A DNA stretch of 64,000 bases from Stegostoma tigrinum (Eukaryota): positions 2,542,001 through 2,606,000 of the forward strand of contig NC_081396.1 in assembly GCF_030684315.1 (NCBI RefSeq), given 5' to 3'. The position numbers were made by a program, and so were the translations under genes. Under the pieces are notes generated by a model. That model worked only from the letters and a program-made list of their open reading frames with translations. It did not search any database and had not been told where the DNA came from. This document shows positions 1 to 13,089 of the stretch, piece by piece; the stretch's first letter is position 1, and the number at the start of each line of letters is the position of its first letter.

Positions 1-1269
1 TGAATCGGTAAGCCTTCGATTTTTCCTTCCTCTTTCTGCTCATCCTCTCACTTTGCCTCTCTAATTAGCTCATTCAGTTCCCCTTGAAACTTCTGGTTCC
101 AGTCCAACCTCACATCTGTCACAAGCATTCTTTCCTCCTTCACCTTAATTTCTTTATTTTGCCATCTTGGGTGATCTGGATTTGTTTTCTCTGGCTTTCT
201 CTTTGAGCATGTTGCAATTTATGCCTGCAGCTGACACTTGGTCCTCCTAAGATCTTCCTTGTGTCGATATGCTGACACTAAACCACCTTCTAAATTATTC
301 TACTTACTAACATTAATTGATGAACTAATAAGTCTCGCAAAAGAGTCGTTACTAAATTAACAAGGTAATTTGTTTCATAGCAGTAAAATTAACAGGTTAA
401 ACATTCATGCTTGGCGAGAAACATTGTTAACTCTTGAGACATACTAAGTTGGTCAGGGCTACATGGCTTTGTCACATCGAATGAACAACTGAACATGAAA
501 TGAGAACCCGACTGGCACAGCTCAGAGACAGTTATCTATGACTCAGCGCATGGGACTATACCACAGGTTCTGAATTAACCCTTGAATGTCTACTGTCTTA
601 TGCAACAGTCGGAAAATTTGTACCATGACTGTTTCAGCAGTATTTCATCTTTAAAGGCAGATCGTTGTTTGGACCTGATTTCAATTTATCTGGATCAGGT
701 CCATTCATACGCTATTGACGTTGGGTTTTTACCAATTAATTACCCTTACTCGCAGCTGAAATGTTTGCCCACAGTTAGAAGTGTCAAATCACTTCCTATC
801 AAATTGAACACTTGATGATAATCAGATCCTGAAGAGTTAATTGACCCTATCAGATATGGATTTCCCATTTAATTTAAGTTCCGCAGCTGTTGATTCCCCC
901 GTTTTCTAATATTCTGTAAAGTAAAATTTAAAAGAACTTCAGAGTGAGTTCAAGGTAGAAGTTCAGACGAGAGAAACAGGTTTCTTGAATAAAAAGAAAT
1001 ACTGTAAATGCCAGAAAACTGAAATGAAAAACAGAAACCGCTGCAGAAACATTGCATGTCCAGCAGCATCTGTCAAGGAATCATAAGAGTTAACACTTCC
1101 AGTTCAGTTACTCTTCTTTCTCATCTGCTCTTGATGCGACCAGCATTGAGATTTCGTGCATTCTATGTCTATCTACAATTTCATTTCATGTGAGTTTGCT
1201 GCGTCTAAATGCTCCCCTCCACACATCTGTAAACTCCAAGCCTGTCAGTTCAAGCGACATTCACAACAT

Positions 1270-1650
1270 TCTCTCTCCTGGCCCCCAGTATGGCCGCGCA
1301 TGCGCCCTGATGCGCCTTTCCCCCTACAAAGATGGCCGCCATCACCTGAGCCTTTCGCCGAGGGACATGGCCTCGCAGCTTCCAGCCCACTCGCCGTCAA
1401 TGCGGAACCGGGAGTCCCTCATTTAGGAGTTTTATGTCAACGGTGGATGTTTAATGAAGCCTCCCTACGCACAGAGACCCCTCCGGGGCCCTCCTAAATC
1501 CGTTTTTGCCTCACCATTTACGGAGCCGACATCATCAAATGCCTGCAGGAGAGATCTCACACAGCGCATGTGTCAGCCCAGCTCTGTACAGGGCATGCTC
1601 CAATCACAGGGACCACTGCGCGTGCGCGCATCTCGAAAGGGTGAAGACCA
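1270..1650. promoter_or_regulatory. CpG-rich promoter-like island, probably driving a decayed minus-strand ZNF unit whose leader-exon homology lies at ~600-920
   Basis: NRF1-type GCGCATGCGC at 1296-1305; YY1-type AAGATGGC overlapping GCCGCCATC at 1329-1343; further GCGC motifs near 1564 and 1617; local CpG enrichment. Confidence 0.55.
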
Positions 1651-1724
1651 GGTCCTCAGGGTGCTCAGAGCTGCAGATCACAAAGTGTGGGGCTGGAAGA
1701 ACACAGTTCCCATTATCTCTGAGC

Positions 1725-3010
1725 AGAACTGCAGATGCTGGAGAAACACGGCAGGCCAGGCAGTATCAGAGGAGCAAGAAATTTGAGGTTTTGGGTCGGG
1801 GCTGTTCTTCAGAAATGTAGAGGGGAAGGGAGCTCAGAAATCAACCGAGGAGGGATGGGGCTAGGAGATAACAAAGTGTAGAGCTGGATGAACACAGCAG
1901 CACCCAAGCAGCATCAGAGAAGCAGGAAGACTGACGTTTCGGGCCTAGACCCTCCATCAGAAGGTTGGGATTGGTCAGAGAAGGTGGACAGGTTGTGTCA
2001 CGTCAAGGAGGCAAGGATGAGAGAGGGGGTTAGTCATGGGATGAAGCAGAGGGGTGGGGAGATTTTGAAACTGGTAAAATCCACATTTAGGCCATTGAGC
2101 TGTAGGCTCCCAGGATGGAATATGAGGTGCTGCTCCTCCTGTTTGCGGGTGGCATCATTGTGGCACTGGAGGATGTCCAGGATGGACATGTCACCCAGGG
2201 AGTGAGAGGAGGAGGTGAAATGGTTCACGGTCGTGAGATGTTATCCTTTGTCTCGAACAAAGCTCAGGTGCTGTACAAATGGTCTCCAAGCCTCCGCTTG
2301 GTCTCACCAATGTAGAGGAGTTAGGGTTAGGGTTAGAGAAGGTGAATCCCTGTCTCATGTGGAAGGTTTGTTTGGTATCTTGAATGGAGGTGGGGGGGGA
2401 GAGGTATATGGACAGGTGTAGCACTCCCTGCAGTTGTAGGGAAAGGTACCGGGAAGGGGGAGAGTGGTGGGACTAGTGGGGTAGTGTGGAGTAGATGAGT
2501 GAGCCGTGGAAAGAGCGGTCTCTATGAAAGGCAGGTAGGGCTGGGGAGGGAAATATATCTTTGGTTGTGGGGTCGGAATGCAGGTGGCAGAGAATGATAC
2601 GTTAGGTATGGAGGTTGGTGGGGTGATATGTGAGATCAAGGGGGATTCTGTCTTTTTTTTGTTGGGGCAACGGATGTGAAGGCAGAAGTGTAGGAAACAC
2701 AAGAGATGTGGTTAAGGGCATTTTTGATTTCCGAAGCGGGGGGTGTTGCAGTCCTTGAAATAGGGAGATATCTGGAATGTATGGGACTGGGATGCCGCAT
2801 CTTGAGACTAGCTGTGATGGAGACAGAGGAATTGGGAGTAGGGGATAACTCAGTTCTTACAGGAAGGTAGGTGAGAGGAGGTAGTCCAGGTCACCATGGG
2901 AGTCGGTGGGCTTGAAACAGATGCTGATTTTGAGGCAGTCATCAGAGATGATGATAGAGAGGCCCAGGAAGGAGATGGAGGTATCAGACATGGTTCAACC
3001 GACATGGACA
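1725..3010 (-). mobile_element. Degenerate Penelope-like element, family A (3' terminal repeats plus GIY-YIG region)
   Basis: Colinear with 10895-12740; terminal repeat gctggatgaacacagcag...gacgtttcgggcctagaccc at 1880-1960. Confidence 0.75.
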
Positions 3011-3239
3011 AGGCACATTCTCTCTTGTCTGTGGACAATGTCAGGATGTCAGAAATAGGAGTAGAAGAATACTTCCAGCCTCTCAAACCTGGCCCACCAT
3101 TCAACCATATCAGCACTAATCTGCTCCAGGCCTTAATTCCTCTTTTCTCTGACATTCTGATATTATTAAAGTTGGATTTCTGTTTTTTTTTTCAAAATTC
3201 TGTCTACTGCCTTTCAAATACTTGTAGTGACTTCACATC

Positions 3240-3535
3240 TGCAACCATCCACCTAGGAGGACAAGGGCATCAGACATATAGGAACACCACCATCTCCAAG
3301 TTCCCCGCCAAGTCACTCACCATCCTGACTTGGAAATATATCACCATTCCTTCATTGTCGCTGGGTCAAAATCCTGGAATACCCTCCCTATTAGCATTGT
3401 GGGTCAATCCACATCAGGAGGACTGCGGCAGTTCAAGAAGGCAGCTCAACGCCACCTTCTCAAGGGCAACTAGGGATGGGCAAGAAATGCTGACCAGCCA
3501 GCGACGCCCACATCCCAGAAATGAATAAAAAAAAT
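3240..3535 (+). mobile_element. LINE 3' end (CR1/L2-type) with A-rich tail
   Basis: Ends gcccacatcccagaaatgaataaaaaaaa; a reverse-complement copy lies at ~30095-30420; 3' end is shared with the SINE at 17345. Confidence 0.55.
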
Positions 3536-3599
3536 CTGTCTGGTGCAAGATATTCTCTACTCCCAGGGAAGAAATCCTTCACATCCCACTGAGTGCCAC

Positions 3600-4960
3600 T
3601 TCATTCTGGAAATGTGCTGCTCGTGCAATATCCATCCACTTGGGAAAAAATCTTCTTAACATCGACCCTGTTAAAATCTTATCTGCATCAACAAGATCAC
3701 CCCTCATTCTTCTAAACTGTAATGAACAAACTTCTAACCTGTTTAGCCGTTCTTAACCTTCATTGCAGGAATCAGCCTCTTGAATCTCTTTTGAACAGTC
3801 ATTATATCCTTTACAAATAAGGGGTGAAAAACAGTGTACTGTACACACACAGACTCACAAAAAAGCATACTGTTGTAACAAGACCTCTACTTTTAAACTA
3901 CAACTTAATAATAAATGGCAAAATTCCATTTGACTTATTAATTATTTGCTGCACTTGTCTGCTAACCATTTCTTTCATGCGCAAGAACACCCAGCTTGCT
4001 CTCCATTGCAGTCTTTTTTTTTGGAGTTTCTGTTGAATTTAATAATAGTCTGCCTTTTGACTCTTCTTACCAAAGTGCATGACCTCACACTCCTGACATT
4101 AAACTGCGTCCACTTAGTTTTGCCAATTCACTCAAACTATCTATTTTTCTTTGCAAATTCCATGTCCTCATCCCAAGATGCCCACCAACCTCCCAACCTA
4201 ATTGGTATTGTCAGCAAATTTTAATGCATTGCACTCTGCTGGTTCCTTCAAGTCATTAATACTGAGATAAATAACTGAGGTGCAATGACTGATCTTTCTG
4301 GCTCTCCACTAATTACAACTTTCCAACTGGAAATATATCGATCAACACCGGCTCTGTGTTTTCTATGTGTTAAACAATGAGCAGTCTACGCACATTTATT
4401 ACCCAACACAGTGAACTCCTACCTTGTGCAATGACCCTTTCTATGGCCACCTACTGAGCGCCTGCTAGAAATCCAAATACACTTCAACCACCAGCTCTGT
4501 TTACCAACTCTGCCTGCAAAGAACTCTGCAAACTTCTCAAATGTGAGTTCCTCTCTACAAATGATGTTGACTTATTTTGACTGCGATAATCTTTTCTAAA
4601 TATCCGGCTATTTGTTAATGAACAATGGTCTCCAGTATTTTCCAAGTCACAGAGAGTGGGCGAAGACCATAAGACATTGGGGCAGATGGAAGCCATTCGG
4701 TTCAATCAGGTCTCCTCTACCTTTAAACAAGATCACAGTTGATTTGATAATTGTCAATTCCACTTTCTTGCCAATCCTTATGACCCTTTATTGCCTTAGT
4801 GATTAAACATCTGTCTGTCTCAGCCTTGAATATACCCAGGCTTGACAGCCCTCTGATGTAAAGTATTCCAGATTTGCTACCCTCTGGAACAGAGAAAATC
4901 CTCCTCATCTCTGTATTAAAAGGATAACCCCTTCTCTGAGGTTAGGCTTTCCGGTCCTAC
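3600..4960 (-). mobile_element. Old CR1 LINE fragments
   Basis: Patchy reverse-complement similarity to the RT and 3' region of the CR1 at 48886-50900. Confidence 0.5.
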
Positions 4961-6129
4961 ACCATCCTGGGTGTACGTCAGGGCAAAGCAAATCCCTAGA
5001 GTGACATGTGAACTCACTGGTGTCTCCACTGTCAGTTGTGGGTCATTGCAACACTGTCCTTTTTGATCTCAGGGTGAACAAAGTGCCTCGGTTTACAAAT
5101 TAGAATTGCTTAAAACTAATCTTCTTCAAAAGAGCTTCATTGAGTCATTGTGGTTTCAGGTGGTGGTGAAAGGCGCTATAAAAATACAAGGACATCTGTC
5201 TTCATCCATCTCCATGATCATTTATACATTTGCTCGTGGAAATCTTCCCATCCATTCTGTCTCTCAGCAAGGTGTACAGCTCAATTCAAACTCCCCTCTG
5301 GTTCCTTTTTTCTGATCAACTGCAAGGTGGTGGGAAATGTTGGGGTCGTGGCCCAGACAGGACAAGGCAACTATCTTCCCTGTGTGAACCATACCATGAG
5401 ACACATTAAAGGCAACTCTGGATCTGTTGCACGGCCAAGGAAATGGGTTAGAAAGCTATTGAAGCTTCCCTACTTAGGATCATATCCTGATGGCTACGTT
5501 TCCTGATCATGCAAATTTTAAATGACTTCCTTCTGGATGAGTTATCGTTCAAACTCCAGAAAAGCCGTGTCAAAAAACCCACACTTTAACAGGTCTGTTT
5601 ATTTGCTGTCATTCGGGAAATTCTTGCTCCGAGAAATTGTACCGGACTGAAAACGTATCTGTTTTTCTTTCCACCGATGATGTCGGACCCGTAGAGCTCC
5701 TCCAGCCTTCTCTGCGTTTATTCTACATGAATGCTGTTTCTCATTCAATATCTTCAATCCCAGTCCTCTGGTAACTGGCCCAGGTCAGTGGAAACATTTT
5801 CTCCTGATCTGCTCCGTCAAACCACCCATCCTCAATCACACTCTGCCCCCACCATCAGGAAATCTCCGGTTAACTTTTTTGCTCCAAAGAAAACACTCCT
5901 GGCCTCAAGAATCTCTCCACAACATTGGATTTCCTCATCTCAGGATAGGGTGCAAGGTGGAGATTTTAAAGAATTTGGGAAGGGATATTGTTAGTTGGTG
6001 GGTGGGAAGGTGTTGAGGAAACCAAGAAGAAAGCTGGTCTCCAGCTTTGAGAACCTTTACAAACTGTGAGAGCTGCAATCAGTGGAGAGTGATGGGTGAA
6101 CTGGCCAACTAAGCAGAGACAGTCAAGGC

Positions 6130-6535
6130 TCTCAGAGATAGCAAGAACTGCAGATGCTGGAGTCAGAGGCAACGCAGCATGGAGCTGGAGCAACACAGCA
6201 GGTCAGACAGCATCAGAGGAGCAGGAAAGTCACTGTTTCAGGCCCTTCTTCAGAACCGGGCAGGGGGAATGGAGCTGGGAAGTAAACAGCGGGAGGAGGG
6301 GTAGGGTTGGGGGAAGGTAGGTGGGATAGTGATAGGCGGATGCAAGGAGTGGACACTCTGGACATCCAATCCCTGTACACTCATATCCCCCTCGTAGATG
6401 GCCTAAAAGCCCTCAGCTTCTTCCTCTCCCGCAGGCCCAACCAGTCCCCCTCCACCAACACCCTCATCTTCTCAATGGAACTTGTCCTTACCATAAACAA
6501 ATTCTCCTCTAACTCCTCCCACTTCCCAAGAACCT
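6130..6535. mobile_element. Penelope family A fragment: inverted terminal piece plus plus-strand RT fragment
   Basis: ORF 6307 encodes DIQSLYTHIPLVDGLKALSFFLSRRPNQSPST, nearly the same as the RT at 12387-12746; terminal repeat at 6135-6255 is in the opposite orientation. Confidence 0.75.
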
Positions 6536-6559
6536 ACGTGTAACAGCCCTAAATGTATT

Positions 6560-7455
6560 CAAGGATTCTACTACTTTCTACATTAATGATCTAGATGGAG
6601 GAAGAGAGGGCATATCTGGCTAAGTTTGCAGATGATACAAAGATAGGTAGAAAGACAGGTGTTATTGAGGAGGCAGGGAGGCTGTCGAAGGAGTTGGACA
6701 GGTTAGGAGAGTGGACAGCAAAGTAGCAGACGGAAGAATGTGGGAAGGTGTGAGGTCGTGAACTTTGGTTGGATGAATAGAGGCATAGACTATTTTCTAA
6801 ATGGGGAGAAAATTTAGAAATCTAAAGTGCAAAGGCACTTGGGAGTTCTAGTCCAGGATTCTCTCAAGATTAATTTTCTGTTTGAGTCAGTAATTAGGAA
6901 GGCAAATATAATGTTCGCATTTATTTCCAGAGGACAAAAAATAAAAGCTAGGATGTATGCCTCAAGCATTGTAATGCTCTGGTCAGACCAAATTTAGAGT
7001 ATTGTCAACAATTTTGGTTCTCATATCTCAGGAAGTATATATTGGCCCTTGAGCAGGTCCAGAGGAGATTCATGAGAATGATCCTGAGGATGAAAGGTTA
7101 ACCAATAATGAACATTTGAAGACTCTGGGTCTATACTTGATGGAGTTTAAAAGGATGAGGGGAGTTCTAATTGAAACGTACAAAGTACTGAAAGGCCTCG
7201 ACAGAATGAATGCTGGGAAGAGGTTTTCATAGTAGGAGAGACAAGGACCCAAGGGCATAGCCTTAGAACGAAGGGAAAGCCCTTTGGAACAAGAGATGAG
7301 GAGAAACGTCTTCAGCCAGAGAACGGTGAATCTATGGAATTCATTGCCGTGGAGGCCAGGTCTTTGAGTATTTTTAAGACAGAGATAGATATTTTCTTGA
7401 TTGTTAAGGAGCTCAAAGGTTACAGGGAGAAGGCATGCAACAGGAGTTGAGAAAC
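6560..7455 (+). mobile_element. Degenerate CR1 LINE, RT 3' part
   Basis: aagtttgcagatgatacaaag (KFADDTK) at ~6622; colinear with 50020-50800. Confidence 0.8.
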
Positions 7456-8789
7456 CAGGTTAGTTATGCATTTCAGTAATATAACGCTGGCGGAAATTAT
7501 CAACTTTATCCGTGGAATCAGTATCTTTATCAAAATCTTTCTCTCGCTCTCTCTGTCTCTTATTAGATTGCAACAGTCAATTTTACAACTTTAAAAAGGA
7601 CTTCAAGAGCTGTAATGCTCCTTCCATTGCCCTGAGGTGATGAAACGTTCTGCTTAGATATTTGCCTTTCTGTCAGTTAACAGCCACGTCGAATGGAGAA
7701 TTAGTCCTTTCAGTGTCTACCTGGGTATTTGTCTCTATTTATCTCTCTCGGTGTATCCACCTCACCCTCGTTCACTCTCTCAGTTTCCCTTGTCGTCCAC
7801 CTCTCTCATTTCCTACTTACGCTCATTGTAAAATCTGAAATTCAGAGACAGTCGGAGAGCAGAGCTGGTGGAGAGACCCCTGGCTGGAGTATCTGGAACT
7901 GGGCTCACATTCTCCAAATAATATGTCTGTCACTTAGACCTGATGGGACGAGACATTTCTTCCCCCAAGACATTGTGAATCTTTAGAATACCGAATAGAA
8001 TTTCTATTCCATCATAAAAATAAACAATTCCACCATAATTACAGGATTTATAGAGACGCCTGTACTGTTGGTGTGAAGCTAATGAATGGTCACAGCAGGG
8101 AAAGAAGTTAATCAGCTTGTGATATCTGTCCATTACCACAACACTCTCTGGTCACTCGGCAGAATATCCTGCCTCTCCTCATTATTCCTATCAAATTGGG
8201 GGTGAAGAAATGAGAATAAAAGAAGAGGTGGAGCAGAAGTGTTTGTGGAATGGAGGAAAGAAACTCTAAGATCAGTTCATTATTCACAAAGTAGCAAGAA
8301 AGAGTATTTTCCGATGGGGCCAAAGTGGGAGCTCTAATTATTAACCTACTTAGTTCAATCATATGAAGCTTGTTCGGTCAACAGTTGTCTTAGGTTGGAT
8401 AAACAACATCACATTTGAGAGAAGTTTAAACAAGGAATCCCTCATGAAAAGGGCAGGAACCGTTGGGAATGAAACCCAGGTTCCGAACTGAAACATCAAC
8501 TTTCCTGCTTCTCTGATGCTGCTTGGCCTGCTGTGTTCATCCAGCTCTATACCGTGTTATCTCAGATTCTCCAGCATCAGCAGTTCCTACTATCTCAGCA
8601 AACCTAGTCTCCAGCTTTGTGAATCTTCAGAACCTCATCGGGTAAGGGAATGGAGAATGAACTGCCGAACTGTGCAGAGACGAAGAAAGTTCTGTCCCCG
8701 TCTTCCGCCATGAGCTGATCATTGAAATGACTCTCATCAAAGGTGCTCTGCTTTTGAGGTTGTCACCACCAGGAACCTTTATCTCTTAC

Positions 8790-8859
8790 TCCCTCATTGG
8801 CACCAAACCCAGCCCACAGTGAAGGAAGTGCCAAATCCTAACCACTAAACTGCCAGGGA
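8790..8859 (-). pseudogene. tRNA-Glu-like pseudogene
   Basis: Minus strand reads tccctggcagtttagtggttaggatttggcac...gggtttggtgccaatgaggga, colinear with vertebrate tRNA-Glu (TCCCTGGTGGTCTAGTGGTTAGGATTCGGCG...); anticodon and T arms are damaged. Confidence 0.65.
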
Positions 8860-9342
8860 TGACGACAAACACACTTATACTTTTTCTTAATGACACAGCT
8901 TTCAACATTTTTTAATGGTTTCCCTCCAACATGATCAAGTCATTGAGTTTTTACAGCATGACAAGAGACCCATCATCCCAGTTTCCAGCACTTGGCCCGT
9001 AGGCCTGTCTGCTCTGAGATTCTGAGTGTTCATCTCAATTAGATTTTATGGTTTTAATATCAGACAAAACAAAGAATGGGACTGAAGTTTGAGATGCTCA
9101 AACAGTGTTAATACTCTTTCAGGGAACAGAACCTCACATTCATTCGCAGAGGGAAACACACAGTCACAGCCCCGGAGAGTGACCGAAGCCTCAGCACAGA
9201 CCAATCCCCAGAAAGCTAGGATTTCATCCACTTGGCTTATTCTTGTTTCATTACAGATTTTAAAGCCAGCGTCTGGTTACAGTAAAGAAAGAAAACATTC
9301 GGCCGCTGCCCTGTCTATTTTATACCGCCGTCGTTTCCCCAC

Positions 9343-9662
9343 GGGTGGCACGGTGGCTCAGTGGTTTGCACTGCTGCCTCACAGTGCCAGGGACCCAGGT
9401 TTGATTCCAACCTCGGGTGACTGTCTGTGTGGAGTCTGCACATTGTCACTGTGTCTGTGTGGGTTTCCTCCGGGTGCTCTGGTTTCCTCCCACAGTCCAA
9501 AGTTGTGCAGGCTAGGTGGATTGGTCATGCTCAATTGCCTGTAGTATTATGGGATGTGTAGATTAGGTGGGTTATACAGGAATGGGTCTGGGTGGGATGC
9601 TCTGAGGGTCGGTGTAGACTTGTTGGGCTGAAGGGCCTGTTTCCATACTGTAGGGATTCTAC
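9343..9662 (+). mobile_element. tRNA-derived V-SINE (HE1-like)
   Basis: A box TGGCTCAGTGG; B-box-like GGTTTGATTCC; V-core gtgggtttcctccgggtgctctggtttcctcccacagtccaaag; CR1-like tail gggctgaagggcctgtttcc. Confidence 0.85.
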
Positions 9663-10236
9663 GAAGTTCACTATGTAGTTTATACTACCTCACCTTGTTC
9701 TTCCTGCCAAACTAGAGCATTGATCATGTCAGCTGCTTCTTCTCCATCCAAATGGTCTTCCTTGTTGGAGGAGAAACAGGAATGTGGAATTCCAAACTCA
9801 AGCAGATCAGCCCTGGCCTGTGGAGAAAATGACATCATGCTGTTACATCAGAAAATAAAACACACCAACATTTAAAGCACTCCTCTACTCCCAGCTACAG
9901 TAGGTGCACAAAAATTCTGCAAGATCCGAATGAAAATCAAATTCAGGATCGTTAGCTTACAAGACCAAATGCTAAATGCTGAGCTGTGTAGTCAATATTA
10001 AAGTGCACACTTTAAAATGGACAAAAAATGTGTCCAGCATGATATAATTGGATTGGAGGAGACGTGTAATGCAATCCGAGACAAATGTAAAACTGTAATC
10101 ACTTTGAGACGTTTCATGCATTAGGAATTACAATATAAAAGATGACTGGATAGCCTGTGTGTCATAAACCAAGGCAATGTAACAAAAGTGAGACAAATCA
10201 AGAGGATTATACCCAGGGTGACAAAAAGACAGATCT

Positions 10237-10278
10237 CCCCTGGTGGTCCAGTGATTAGGATTCAGTGCTTTCACTGCG
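10237..10278 (+). pseudogene. 5' half of a tRNA-Glu(TTC)-like pseudogene
   Basis: ccctggtggtccagtgattaggattcagtgctTTCactgc matches the tRNA-Glu 5' half through the anticodon arm; 3' half is absent. Confidence 0.65.
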
Positions 10279-10894
10279 TATTAGTGACTAACAATTTCAG
10301 TAATAAATATAAAATACTAACTGATCTTTAGAAGCAAAATGATATCATGGACCATTCAGAATTGCTTCACTGAAGGTTACAGTTCCACATCAGCAATGTC
10401 AGCTGCAAATGATTCGCATTCAATTGGCTTAAAACAAGACTAGAGGAGATACCTGCAAAAATGAAGGGCAACGGTGGCTTGTGACAGGTAACTAACCTAG
10501 AGGAACCAGGCTCAATTTGGATGTTAAAGAACAGTTTTCACTATTTACCCTGTTACACAGATCAGTCCAGATCAATCACCTGCAATTATATTCTCTTGTG
10601 TGTTGCCCTCTGCATATCTCATTGCGGTTTCATGCCCCCAGGAGATCCACATATTTTTAACTTGGTAAACTTTATGCAGGTCAGTTTTGCTGTCTCATAT
10701 TAAGACGATAAAGTTTAGGAGCAGAAAGTTGCTGTTCATCCCATCAGCCTCCGACATCCCAAAGAAAATAGCCCCCTCCTATTCAGCCTCGCCCTAGTGC
10801 TCACAATTTCCAACCCTGGCGATGTTGCGAGAAATCTTCGTTGAATCCTTCCAAGTTTCACAACATCCTTCCTGAAGTAGGCAGACCAGAATCA

Positions 10895-12740
10895 CAGATA
10901 ACAAGGTGTAGAGCTGGATGAACAGAGCAGGTCAAGCAGCACCAGAGGAGCAGGGAAGTTGGCGTTTTGGGCCTAGACCCTTCTTCAGAAATGGAGATTT
11001 CGGGCATAGTCCATTCTTCAGAAATGGGGTGGAGAAGAGGACTCTGAAATAAATAGGGAGAGAGGGGGAGGCGGATAGAAGATGAATGGTGGAGAAGATA
11101 GGTGGAGAGGAGACAGACAGGTCAAAGAGGTGGGGTGGAGCCAGTAAAGGTGAGTGTTGTTGGGGAGGTAGGGAGGGGATAGGTCAGTCCAGGAGGATGG
11201 ATAGGTTAAGGGGGCAGGATGAGGTTAGTAGGTAGGAGATGGGGGTAGGGCTTGAGGTGGGAGGAGGAGATAGGTGGGAGGAAGGACAGGTTAGGGAGGC
11301 GGAGGCGAGCTGGGCTGGTTTTGGGATGAGGTAGAAGGAGGGGAGATTTTGAAGCTTGCGAAGTTGAGGTGGGAGAAAGGACATGTTAGGGAAGGGGTGC
11401 GGGGGGGGCGAGCTGGGCTGCGTTCTGAGTTGGGCTGATTTGCTGTTCCTGCAACCTTCGGGTGACGTCGTTGTGGCACTGCAGGAGGCCCAGGATGGAC
11501 ATGTCGTCTGCGGAATGAGAAGGGGAGTTGAAGTGGTTCGCAGCTGGGAGGTGCAGTTGCTTAGGGTGAACCCAGCGTAGGTGTTCTACAAAGCAGTCCC
11601 CAAGTCATCACTTGATTTCCCCGATGTAGGGGAGGCTACAACGGGAACAGAGGATGCAGTATACCACGTTAGTAGGTGTGCAGGTGAACATCTGCTTGAT
11701 GTGGAAAGTCTTCTTGGGGCCTGGGATGGAGGGTAAGGGGGGAGGTGTAGGAGCAGGTGTAGCACTTCCTGTGGTTGCAGGGAAAAGTGCCAGGTGTGGT
11801 GGGGCTGGAGGGGAGTGTGGAGTGGACAAGGGAGTTACAGAGAGAGTGGTCCCTCCAGAAGGCAGATAATGGTGGGGAAGGAAAAATGTCTTTGGTGGTG
11901 GGTCAGATTGCAGATGGCGGAAGTGTTGGAAGAAGATGGATCCGGAAGTTGGTGGGGTGGTACGTGAGGACGAGCAGGATTCTGTTTTGATTTTTATTGC
12001 TGGGAGGGGGTGTGAGGGATGAGTTGCAGGAAATGCGGGACATGCGGTCGAGGGCATTTTCCATCACACGGGTTGGGGGAGGGGGGGGGAGTTGCGGTCC
12101 TTGAAAAACGAGGATATCTGAGGTGTACAGGAGTGGAATGCCTCATCCTGGGAGCAGATGCGGCGGAGGCAAAGGAATTGGGAATAGGGGATGGCATTTT
12201 TGCAGGAAGGTGGGTGGGAGGGGCTGTATTCTAGGTCGCTGTGGGAGTCGGTGGGCTTGAAATGGATATCGGTTTCGAGGCAGTTGCCGGAAATGGAGAC
12301 TGAGTGGTCCAGGAAGGACAGAGACGTATTAGAGATGGTCCAAGTGAACTTATGGTTGGGGTGGAAAGTGTTGGTGAAGTGGTGAACTATTGGAGCTCCT
12401 CGCAGGTGTACAAGGTGGCACCGATACAGTCATCAATGTAACAGAGGAAGAGGTGGGGTATAGGGCCTGTGTAGGTACAGAAGAGGGATTGTTCCACGTA
12501 ACCTACAAAGAGGCAGCCATAGCTTGGGCCCATGCGGGTGCCCATGGCCACCCCCTTTGTCTGTAGGAAGTGGGAGGAATTGAAAGAGAAATTGTTGAGG
12601 GTGAGGACGAGTTCGGATGAACGGATGAGGCTGTCAGTGGAGGGGGACCGGTCGGGCCTGCGGGACAGGAAGAAGCGGAGGGCCTTTAGGCCATCTGTAT
12701 GGGGAATGCAGGTGAATAGGGACTGGATGTCCATAGCCAG
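10895..12740 (-). mobile_element. Penelope-like element family A, 5'-truncated (RT, GIY-YIG endonuclease, terminal repeat)
   Basis: RT motifs GVAMGTRMGPSY and YIDD in ORF 12387-12746; GIY-YIG signature NVVYCILCSRCSLPYIGE in ORF 11608-12057; frameshifted; terminal repeat with degenerate hammerhead at 10900-11025. Confidence 0.9.
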
Positions 12741-12759
12741 AATCACAGACAGTGTTGCA

Positions 12760-13015
12760 AAAGTGGCCTCACCAATTCAACTGCAACATGACCACCCAAC
12801 TTGTATATGCAGTGCACTGACAAATAAAGGAAAGCACACCAAACGCATTCTTCACTGTCCTATTTACCTGTGACTCCACTTTCAAGGAACTGTGAACTAT
12901 TCCAGGGTCTCTTTTTACAGCAACACTCCTCAGGACCCTACCATTAAGTGCATAAGTCCCTCCCTGAATTTCACTTCCAAAATGCAATAATTAGCTAAAT
13001 TAAATTCCAAGTACT
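12760..13015 (-). mobile_element. CR1 RT fragment
   Basis: ORF 12769-12987 (MHFGSE...SLKVESQVNRTVKNAFGVLSFI) is homologous to MHFGRS...SLKMATQVDRVVKKAYGVLAFI in the 48886 ORF. Confidence 0.8.
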
Positions 13016-13089
13016 GTGCGTCTGAATGGGGATCCCCTGCTCCCAACCATCCTCCCGCCCTGCACTTTTCATGCACATCGTGGTATTCC

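Noticed and set aside
2896-3528. 210-aa ORF
   Set aside because: Runs across an antisense Penelope end, unique DNA and a LINE 3' UTR; no recognisable domain.
6020-6050. Histone H2A-like AGLQ codons
   Set aside because: Match is only ~15 nt, with no histone ORF or 3' stem-loop.
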